A stretch of DNA of 44,142 bases from Flavobacteriaceae bacterium (GTDB lineage: Bacteria > Bacteroidota > Bacteroidia > Flavobacteriales > Flavobacteriaceae), in assembly GCA_030613745.1 (NCBI GenBank), contig JAUWLK010000001.1:1-44142 (forward strand), written 5' to 3'. Position 1 is the stretch's first letter; the number at the start of each line of letters is the position of its first letter. Below, in pieces: positions 1 through 6,913 of the stretch. The notes beneath the pieces were generated by a model that saw nothing but the letters and a program-made list of their open reading frames with translations, was not told the origin of the DNA and ran no database searches. The position numbers were made by a program, and so were the translations under genes.

Positions 1-82
1 AATTTGTTCTTTTTTGGAAAGGTATTTTTAATTCCAAATTTGGAAGACTACCGCATCCACTTTTGGCGGATTTGGTTCATTT

Positions 83-574
83 TTAAAGTAATGGATAATT
101 CAATTGCTTTAAATAAATATCCTTGACCTTTAATTTTTGAACCAAGAATTTATTTAAATACCACTCAGTAGTATAATAATTCTTCATAGTACCAGCCTTT
201 AAAACAGAAACCATATTGGTATTATGATATTCAATAAGTTCTAGTAATGTTTTATGTTGGTCATCTTCACCCAAATAACGTGCTTTGATAGCATTAGGAG
301 AAACAACCTTAAATTCTTCCAATAATTGCTTATGACAATCCAATAACTGCCCATAAACATAGTCTAAATAGGAATTAAGAATTCTAATATTTTGAGAAGT
401 ACCTCTGGCTCTTCCCTTAGAAGAGACCCAATTGCACATCGAAATACTTCTTTTCAAACTGATTTCAGAACGTTTTCCGTTTACAGTAATACGAGAATAA
501 ATAGATAACTTTTGAGCGTTACTCCGAGATTTTCTAGTAAAGAAAATCACAGTAAATGTGTTGTTTGTCTGCAT
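83..574 (-). pseudogene. Truncated tyrosine integrase (arm-binding N-domain plus start of core-binding domain; catalytic domain missing)
   Basis: Collinear similarity to the N-terminus of the 34297-35571 integrase (IYSRITVNGKRSEISLKR vs IYARITVNGKRATISLKR; IKARYLGED; GTMKNYYTT vs GTQKNYFTT). It stops at aa 163 and I see no integrase-like continuation in 1-82. Confidence 0.85.
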
Positions 575-734
575 CTTAAATGTCTTTAGTTAAACGTATA
601 AGGTTTGTAAAGACGAAAGTCAACTCACTTCTAAAAGTTCTATAAAGCTACAATAATTTCAAAAAATAACTACACACCGAATTGCACACCTATTATGTAG
701 TTTTAAATGATATTAAATACTATCATAAAAATGA

Positions 735-768
735 AAAACACTGAAAATCTTACGATTAACAGTGTTTT
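735..768. repeat. Imperfect inverted repeat beside the att copy of the left remnant element
   Basis: aaaacactg-aaaatc...gattaa-cagtgtttt. Same design and similar distance from att as the IR at 35766-35797. Confidence 0.6.
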
Positions 769-790
769 GATATGGTCTATTACTAGATTC

Positions 791-807
791 GTCGGGGTGG
801 CAGGATT
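791..807 (-). repeat. att-like copy of the tRNA-Pro 3' end (boundary of a second, decayed element)
   Basis: gtcggggtggcaggatt, identical to 979-995 and 35822-35838. Confidence 0.9.
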
Positions 808-937
808 ACTCCGTTGCACTCCGTGATCCTTTGGTGGCATTGTTGCTAAATTAAAATCTTTTTCAATTGCTGCGCAATTCTTGTATTTTTTGTTTTTCAA
901 TCACTTATGAAAGCAAGCTTTCAACGTTCTGAAAAAC

Positions 938-974
938 AAAAAATCCCTTCAAGTTTCACTTGAAAAGGATTTTT
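938..974 (-). terminator. Intrinsic terminator, probably the pre-insertion tRNA-Pro terminator
   Basis: Stem aaaaatcccttcaagt/acttgaaaaggattttt. It is followed by a T tract on the minus strand and lies immediately downstream of the 979-995 att. Confidence 0.6.
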
Positions 975-978
975 ATTT

Positions 979-995
979 GTCGGGGTGGCAGGATT
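979..995 (-). repeat. attR of the ~35 kb element (duplicated tRNA-Pro 3' end)
   Basis: 17-bp direct repeat gtcggggtggcaggatt matching 35822-35838. Confidence 0.92.
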
Positions 996-1052
996 ATACT
1001 TGCCTTCCGTAATTTTTTATATTTCAATCATTTATAAATTCTAAAAACAAAC

Positions 1053-1072
1053 TGTTATCCGATTTGTTGACG
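1053..1072. promoter_or_regulatory. Putative integrase arm-type binding site (left end)
   Basis: tgttatccgatttgttgacg, identical at 35700-35719, with an inverted variant at 35666-35681. Confidence 0.7.
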
Positions 1073-1119
1073 ATAATATAAATGAACTTGAAGTAAATTG
1101 TTTTACTTTTCTGACGCGG

Positions 1120-1150
1120 CAAATATATAATTAGTAATCTATCAAACCAA
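1120..1150 (-). promoter_or_regulatory. Outward-facing Bacteroidota sigma-A type promoter
   Basis: Minus strand TTG-N20-TATATTTG (-7 box at 1120-1127), pointing toward attR. Confidence 0.5.
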
Positions 1151-1305
1151 GATAAATACTTAAAAATTTTATTAGTTTTTATTTTCTAAAATTTCAAAAA
1201 AAATTTGATAAAAAATACTTAATAGTATCAAAATATTGTTCTCTTTTTACACTGAATTAAGTGACTGATATTAATAATCTTACTAAAAATAAGAGTGTAT
1301 TTTAA

Positions 1306-1474
1306 TAAGCCACTCAGCCCATTTTTCTTCATTTCGCTACTCTTCATTTCGGGAAAACACCTTCCTTAAAAAGATCTTGGACACAAACCTAAACTTTAGA
1401 ATTTTCATTTTGCTAATCCGTAAAAAACGAAATGCTACATTCCCAACCCTAAAGTTTAAGTTTAAATCCGCTTT
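1306..1474. repeat. Structured intergenic repeat, copy A
   Basis: Shares atttcgggaaaa, tcttggacacaa, cattcccaa and tccgcttt in the same order with 3383-3564, and has internal stems. Confidence 0.7.
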
Positions 1475-1562
1475 GTCAATCTTCAGTTCAAGTCTTTTAG
1501 TTATTCATTTTAGTTTCTACTCATAAAAAAGAGTGTTAAATAACACTTGATTTGTCATCTCC

Positions 1563-1725
1563 GGTAACCAATACCAAACCATTGCAAAGGTAGCCACATA
1601 CCAGCCGCTAGGTCAAGGTCAAGCCCCTCGGGATGTTGAACATTTTTCTTAAAAAAATAACCGCCCATACCTTGCCCTTTCCTTTCTGTGGCTGTTTATG
1701 CCCTGTTTTGGTATTGCTAGTTACC
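1563..1725. promoter_or_regulatory. Long imperfect hairpin, candidate single-stranded-DNA (Frpo-like) promoter
   Basis: Nested pairings ggtaac/gttacc, aataccaaa/tttggtatt, tagccaca/tgtggctg and aggtcaagg/ccttgccct. The left arm carries minus-strand TTG-N21-TACCTTTG. Confidence 0.6.
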
Positions 1726-1775
1726 TAACAAGCTGCCAATACAAAAAAATAATGTTTAATTTAATTTTTTTAATT

Positions 1776-2186
1776 ATGTTAAAAGTAAAACAAAACGGAA
1801 TTGCAAAAAAAGAAAATGCAACCGCTAAAAAGGAAGTGCAAGAAAAATTAATGAAACAAGCGATTGGTAAAACAATAATTCCTGTAAAAACTACTGAATC
1901 ATCAAATATAGAAAAGATTGTAAATATAGATGACCGTATTCAAAAGTTTGAAAAATTAAGAGGTTTAGCTACACAACGTGAACGATTGACACAAACGTTG
2001 AATGAGTTTACAAAGTTTAATTACAATCAAGATGATTCAAGTTCATTCTATTTGAGAGATTCTCATAATTTGGAATTTAAAACTACAAATACAAATTTGA
2101 TTAAATTGGTAACAACACATTTACAATCCACATTGGAACAACGTAAATCTGAAATAGAAAATCAAATTATAGCATTTGAACTCTAA
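1776..2186 (+). CDS. Hypothetical helical protein of the element backbone
   Basis: ORF 1698-2186. ATG 1776 is the likelier start (AT-rich leader, outside the hairpin). Followed by a clear terminator. Confidence 0.75.
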   Translation: MLKVKQNGIAKKENATAKKEVQEKLMKQAIGKTIIPVKTTESSNIEKIVNIDDRIQKFEKLRGLATQRERLTQTLNEFTKFNYNQDDSSSFYLRDSHNLEFKTTNTNLIKLVTTHLQSTLEQRKSEIENQIIAFEL

Positions 2187-2208
2187 TCAAGTTTTAATCT
2201 TTAAATGG

Positions 2209-2239
2209 AAAAACCTACTCCACAAGAGTAGGTTTTTTT
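2209..2239 (+). terminator. Intrinsic terminator
   Basis: aaaaacctactc-cacaa-gagtaggttttttt. Confidence 0.85.
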
Positions 2240-2284
2240 ATGTTATTATCACAAAGATAAATTAGGAAGAGAAGGAGTATTCAT

Positions 2285-2426
2285 ACAATATCAACGCAAT
2301 ATAAACTCGTAAAAACTCCCATCAAAAGACTTCGGCATAAAGCCATTTCGACATCCATTGCTTATTTATTCCGATTCCTTTTGAGCTGAGATTTTAGCTT
2401 CCGTTTACCACTAGCTTAAATATTGT
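2285..2426. promoter_or_regulatory. Long imperfect hairpin, candidate ssDNA promoter for the DUF932 gene
   Basis: Nested pairings acaatat/atattgt, taaac/gttta, tcaaaag/cttttga and tcgg/ccga. The left arm carries minus-strand TTTG-N19-TATATTGC (2296-2326). Confidence 0.55.
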
Positions 2427-2467
2427 TTAATCACGCCTGTCGATAGACGGGTTTAAAATCAAGTATT

Positions 2468-3304
2468 ATGTATTTAAGTAATTTACAACAAGATGAAATT
2501 TTTGTGTTTTCAGAAATGAAATCATTAAAAAACTTAACAGGAATTGAATCCCGAAGAGGATTAGAAAATGTAATTATCTCCAATGGAAAAATAGTAAATG
2601 TGGTTTCCAATAGCTACGGACATATTCCTAATGAACTGTTTTTTAAAAAAGCAGAACAAATGCTAATCGATTCAAATCTAAAATACCACAAGCAAACTAT
2701 AAACCGTTCGGATAGGTCTTTTATTACAGATTTTATCATAGAAGATGATAATCAGTTCTCGGTCAAGAATAAAGAGGATTTGATATTACCAATGCTGCGT
2801 TTCAAAAACTCTTATGATGGTAGCGAAAAAACGTCTGGACATTTTGGGTTTTATAGAAAAGTATGCTCCAATGGATTGCATGTTGCAGAAACGGAAGTAG
2901 AGTTTTCAATAAAGCATCGTAAAAACAATTCGCATTTAATAATGCCAAAATTGAACCTTCTGTTCAATAAGTTTTTGGATAATGAGTTTTATACGATTGT
3001 TGAGAAATTTAACAAATTAAAAGAAATCAAAATACTGGACACTAAAGAATTCGTTCGAGAGATTCTTAAAAAAACAAAACTATTCCGGTATGAATGTAGC
3101 GACAAAAATGACAATCCCTCAAAGAAATCTCGAGAGGTTATTGAAATTCTAAATTATGAAGCTTTATTATTAAATGAAGCTCCAAATTTATGGTTAGGGT
3201 ACAATGCCTTTAACTTGGTATTACACGGTACATTGAAAAAAAGTTTTTCAAGTCAGGAAAAACTGGATAAGAAATTGTTCGATGAAATATACGAAATGGC
3301 TTAA
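2468..3304 (+). CDS. DUF932 (DUF945-like) domain protein
   Basis: Motifs VSNSYGHIPN, NSYDGS, GFYRKVCSNGL and NLWLGYNAF are typical of this mobile-element family. Confidence 0.85.
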   Translation: MYLSNLQQDEIFVFSEMKSLKNLTGIESRRGLENVIISNGKIVNVVSNSYGHIPNELFFKKAEQMLIDSNLKYHKQTINRSDRSFITDFIIEDDNQFSVKNKEDLILPMLRFKNSYDGSEKTSGHFGFYRKVCSNGLHVAETEVEFSIKHRKNNSHLIMPKLNLLFNKFLDNEFYTIVEKFNKLKEIKILDTKEFVREILKKTKLFRYECSDKNDNPSKKSREVIEILNYEALLLNEAPNLWLGYNAFNLVLHGTLKKSFSSQEKLDKKLFDEIYEMA

Positions 3305-3382
3305 TACTTTATTTTAAAAAAGGTTTCTCCAGTACCTTATCTAAACTGGAGTTTTAATTATATAACTAGCATATTATTCCGT

Positions 3383-3564
3383 TAAGCACATTTCCCTACA
3401 TTTCGTTGCTCTGTATTTCGGGAAAAGAGCTTCACTTAAAAAAGGTCTTGGACACAACTTCAAAGATTCCGATTTACATTCCACTTGCCCACTCATTCCC
3501 GAGAAAAGTCGGGAAGTGGTCAAACTCCATTCCCAATCTCCATCTTTAAAGTTCAGTCCGCTTT
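3383..3564. repeat. Structured intergenic repeat, copy B
   Basis: Diverged direct repeat of 1306-1474. Stem ggacacaacttcaaagat/atctttaaagttcagtcc. Confidence 0.7.
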
Positions 3565-3572
3565 TAATCGGA

Positions 3573-3664
3573 AAGTCAAACCTTTAATTTTTTTTAACAA
3601 AATTTTCGGCAAATCCTTCTTCTAGTCTTTACTCGATAATTCTTAAAAATTAAAGGTTTGACTT
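3573..3664. repeat. Perfect 20-bp inverted repeat with 52-bp spacer
   Basis: aagtcaaacctttaattttt (3573-3592) / aaaaattaaaggtttgactt (3645-3664). Confidence 0.85.
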
Positions 3665-3910
3665 GAGCATTTTAAGGGGTTTATAATAGATAAAGCCTTT
3701 TGTTGTTTTTCGGGACAACGAAAAACAGGCATGATATAAGCACTTCTAATTTAAACACATCTATTACACTCGCTTAACTTCCCGTACGCTCCTTTCATAA
3801 ATGTATTTAAAAGAATTGCTAATACCATTATGGAACTTGTCAAGACTATACAAGTTTTAGAAAAAAATAAGGTTTCTACTTCCTTGAAAACCAAAGGACC
3901 TGCCTACCGG

Positions 3911-4094
3911 TAGCTACGGTGTACCCACAAATATGAACTGAAAATGTTAATATTAAAAATGTATTTACAATTAATTGGTAAACAAGAGTTAACGATTTAT
4001 AAACGTTGTTGAATAGTCTGAAAAATCAAAATCATAAACGTTTGTAATGCTCTTATTTTCAATGATATAAAAAGATGTGGGTACACCGTAGCTA
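3911..4094. mobile_element. 184-bp MITE with 19-bp TIRs and ccgg target duplication
   Basis: tagctacggtgtacccaca (3911-3929) / tgtgggtacaccgtagcta (4076-4094), with ccgg at 3907-3910 and 4095-4098. No ORF inside. Confidence 0.85.
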
Positions 4095-4265
4095 CCGGCA
4101 GGTAGGTTTTACTACGTCGCAAACACTCCTGATTTGTTTTCTAAAAGTCTTGACAAAACCCACTTCATCTATTGTGCTAGGCACGAAAGAAATCATACAA
4201 ACACTCCTTAAAATTTAATTCAGTTTAAATCCAATAAGGGAAATATTAATCTAAAATATTCAATT

Positions 4266-4622
4266 ATGAGTACACTAAAAAACAACGTACAGTTAATCGG
4301 AAATGTTGGTGGAGAACCAACTATTACAAACCTTGAAAGCGGAAAGAAAGTAGCCCGTTTTTCAGTAGCTACTAATGAGCATTACAAAAGTGGAAAAGGC
4401 GAAAAACAAACCAACACCAACTGGCATACTATTGTTGCTTGGGGAAAGACCGCTGAAATCATTGAAAAGTATGTAAGCAAAGGCAAAGAAATTGCCGTTG
4501 AAGGAAAATTAGTCTCTCGTTCCTATGAAACGAAAGAGGGAGAAAAACGCACTATAACCGAAATAGTAGCCAGTGAAGTGCTATTGCTAGGTAATAAAAA
4601 TAACAAAGCCGATAAAGCGTAG
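4266..4622 (+). CDS. ssb: Single-stranded DNA-binding protein (short, no acidic tail)
   Basis: NNVQLIGNVG, FSVATNE, TNWHTIVAWGKTAE and KGKEIAVEGKL: OB-fold SSB. Confidence 0.93.
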   Translation: MSTLKNNVQLIGNVGGEPTITNLESGKKVARFSVATNEHYKSGKGEKQTNTNWHTIVAWGKTAEIIEKYVSKGKEIAVEGKLVSRSYETKEGEKRTITEIVASEVLLLGNKNNKADKA

Positions 4623-4634
4623 TATGTAAAAATT

Positions 4635-4690
4635 AAAGAGGGTGTTACCTTGGAAAGCCTCACCCTCTTTTCTCCCGATAGCTATCGGGA
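4635..4690 (+). terminator. Hairpin after ssb plus perfect 18-bp palindrome tcccgatagctatcggga
   Basis: aaagagggtg...caccctcttt (4635-4670), then the palindrome at 4673-4690. Confidence 0.55.
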
Positions 4691-4713
4691 ATTAATCTCT
4701 AAAGAAAAAAACA

Positions 4714-5511
4714 ATGAAATCGAAGATTCACGAATTCCAAAATAAATATTCAGCTATGAGTAAAGACAAAGTTAACGAAATAAAAGTCAGTTACAAGGAA
4801 AAAATAAAGACTTCAAAATCATATGCTATCAAAAGTTCAGAAGATGCGGCAAAATTACTTTTTGAAAATTGGGATACAGACACCATTGGATTGTACGAAT
4901 CCTTTAAAGTATTGTTGTTGAACAATTCAAACAAAGTAAAGGGAGTTTATCAGTTGTCAAGCGGAGCCATTACAGGAACATTGGTTGATATACGAATATT
5001 ATTTGCTATTATTTTAAAATCGCTTTCTGTTGGAGTTATTTTGGTTCATTATGTAAAGTATATAGTTATGTAAAGTAATCCTTTGAATACCCTATTAATA
5101 CTGGATTCTTTATGAATTTACTTTACATAACAATATTAGAATTTCTTATACTAAATGAGGGTATTTTCATTTTTTACTCTGATAATGCCATCAAATAAGC
5201 GATTATACTTCCAATTCTAAATAAAAGGAGCATATTATTATGTAAAGTAATTTTGAATACTTCTCAATGATAGCAAGGGTTTAGGCGATTTACTTTACAT
5301 AATCCTGCACTTTACATAATGAGAATTATGTAAAGCTTTGCATAATTCTCACAACCATCCATCAGGAAAATTAAAGCCTAGTGAAGCAGATAAAAACTTG
5401 ACACAGAAAATTAAAAAAGCAGCTAAAGTTTTTGACATTAATGTGTTAGACCATTTGATTATTGTACCCGATGGAAGCTATTTTAGTTTTTCTGATAACG
5501 GATTATTATAA
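4714..5511 (+). pseudogene. radC: RadC-like JAB-domain gene split by a 303-bp insertion
   Basis: The N-part ends ...GVILVH (5049). The C-part resumes in the same frame at 5350: HNHPSGKLKPSEAD...VLDHLII...YFSFSDNGLL*. Confidence 0.9.
5049..5351. mobile_element. Non-coding insertion with eight TTATGTAAAG boxes (non-autonomous, possibly RIT-like recombinase target)
   Basis: Terminal IR cattatgtaaagt (5047-5059) / actttacataatg (5309-5321), mirror-symmetric box spacing, and an extra 30-bp palindrome at 5321-5350. Confidence 0.75.
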
Positions 5512-5526
5512 TTTAAAACTACTATT

Positions 5527-5724
5527 ATGGTCTATTTAAATTATAACAACCTAAATGAAGAAACCAAAGAACGATTGTTTCAAGATTCTAAAAAGGATGT
5601 TGAACTCCAATTTGGAGATGATATTAGAACCTATGCAGAAAAACATCATACAAATTATGAAACGATGATTGAAGAAGAAGCTTTACGAAATTTGTATCGT
5701 TATAGTTATGTTTTCAATATTTAA
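5527..5724 (+). CDS. Small hypothetical protein
   Basis: 65-aa ORF directly after radC with an AT-rich leader and followed by a terminator. Confidence 0.7.
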   Translation: MVYLNYNNLNEETKERLFQDSKKDVELQFGDDIRTYAEKHHTNYETMIEEEALRNLYRYSYVFNI

Positions 5725-5740
5725 TTCTGATAACAATCAC

Positions 5741-5770
5741 AAGACCTTTGAATTTCAAGGGTCTTTTTTT
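5741..5770 (+). terminator. Intrinsic terminator
   Basis: aagacctttgaa-t-ttcaagggtcttttttt. Confidence 0.75.
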
Positions 5771-5994
5771 GTACAAATTGCTGAAAGGAATTTAAAATCT
5801 GACGTACTACTTCACAACATTTTCAAGAATCATATTAGATGTTACCAAATCATAGTATTTAAGAGTATTTCCAATTTCAATTTCACACTTTGAATAGATA
5901 CATTTATAAGGATATTAATTCAGATAATAAAGCAACTGGCTTTAGTCAGGTTGTTTGAAATTTTTGCCTGCCTATGGCAGACGAAAAGGAAAAG

Positions 5995-6029
5995 CAAGAG
6001 GGTAACACGCGTTGCGATGTTACATCTTG
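5995..6029. other. Candidate oriT inverted repeat
   Basis: caagagggtaacacgc...gcgatgttacatcttg, an imperfect IR ~110 bp upstream of the mobilisation genes. Position-based inference. Confidence 0.45.
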
Positions 6030-6138
6030 TATTTAATTGATTTTCAAGTACTTGAAAATAGGATAGATAGAGCAAGTCGTTATTTTTTATGAAAAAACGC
6101 TGGCAACCCCTGAAAACAGGTAAATATTTTATGAAAAA

Positions 6139-6723
6139 ATGGATAAAGAGTATAAAAAAGAACGATTTGAAGGTTTGAAAATAAAAACTTCGGTCGCAAA
6201 AAAATTTAGAAAATATTGTAGGATGCTTTCCAGATCCCAATCGATGACCTTGCAATTGATGTTAGATTTTTTTGAGGATAATAGTATTTCTCCAAATGAA
6301 AGATTAGGTGCAAATATGACCACCTTGGAAAGTAAGATCAAAAAGCGTATCAATGCGCTTATTGCAATTATTAAGGACATTGAAAAACACCAGACCAAAC
6401 CCACCAATGCAATGCTGCAATTGCTGTTCCAAGAAAACCCGGAGGAGAAAGAACAAGAGGAAGAGAATTTTGAGTTTGAACAACAGGAATTAATTACTGA
6501 AAATGAAGAATTGGAATACTATCGAAAGCACTATTTCAATACCCAAACCAATTATAATGATTTGAAATATGAGATCGAAACTATTTTAAAAAACACAAAA
6601 TATATCAAAAGCAATTTCGGAACTGGGTATTATCGAATGAATATTACCAAAGATGAATTTGAAAACTTAAAACAAAAATTACAAGATGTACATCACCATA
6701 ACAGCACAGAAAACAGGAGATAA
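6139..6723 (+). CDS. BfmA/BtgA-family mobilisation accessory protein
   Basis: LKIKTSVAKKFR...SQSMTLQLMLDFF and KRINALIAIIKDIEKHQTKPT resemble Flavobacterial BfmA-like proteins. It overlaps the relaxase start. Confidence 0.75.
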   Translation: MDKEYKKERFEGLKIKTSVAKKFRKYCRMLSRSQSMTLQLMLDFFEDNSISPNERLGANMTTLESKIKKRINALIAIIKDIEKHQTKPTNAMLQLLFQENPEEKEQEEENFEFEQQELITENEELEYYRKHYFNTQTNYNDLKYEIETILKNTKYIKSNFGTGYYRMNITKDEFENLKQKLQDVHHHNSTENRR

Positions 6724-6910
6724 TTATTCCCAAAGTGTCACCGATTTTGTAGTAAAAAACAACTTGGGTAAGTTAACCTCTCATTTTTACTTAGACAAAA
6801 TTCGGTATAGTGTCATAGAAAATAATGTGATTGATAAGCTTAAGCCTTCTTCTTTTAACTCTTCATACGCTTTTATAGGTGAAGACCCTGCTTCTAACCC
6901 TAATATATAA
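6686..6910 (+). pseudogene. MobB-type (DUF5712-like) relaxase, truncated after ~22 codons
   Basis: MYITITAQKTGDNYSQSVTDFV matches my recollection of the N-terminus of Flavobacterial MobB relaxases. The rest is unrelated sequence at the cargo junction. Confidence 0.65.
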
Positions 6911-6913
6911 TTT

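Noticed and set aside
703-900. 65-aa ORF
   Set aside because: It crosses the att copy and IR (NPATPT is translated tRNA sequence), starts at TTG and has no recognisable family.
5047-5350. TTATGTAAAG repeats as a CRISPR array or iterons
   Set aside because: The boxes are only 10 bp, in mixed orientation and mirror-symmetric, with no cas or rep gene. They fit element ends better.
5669-6407. ORFs 5669-5893, 5920-6255 and 6129-6407
   Set aside because: They overlap a terminator, the oriT candidate or the opposite strand of the mobilisation gene, so they are likely shadows.
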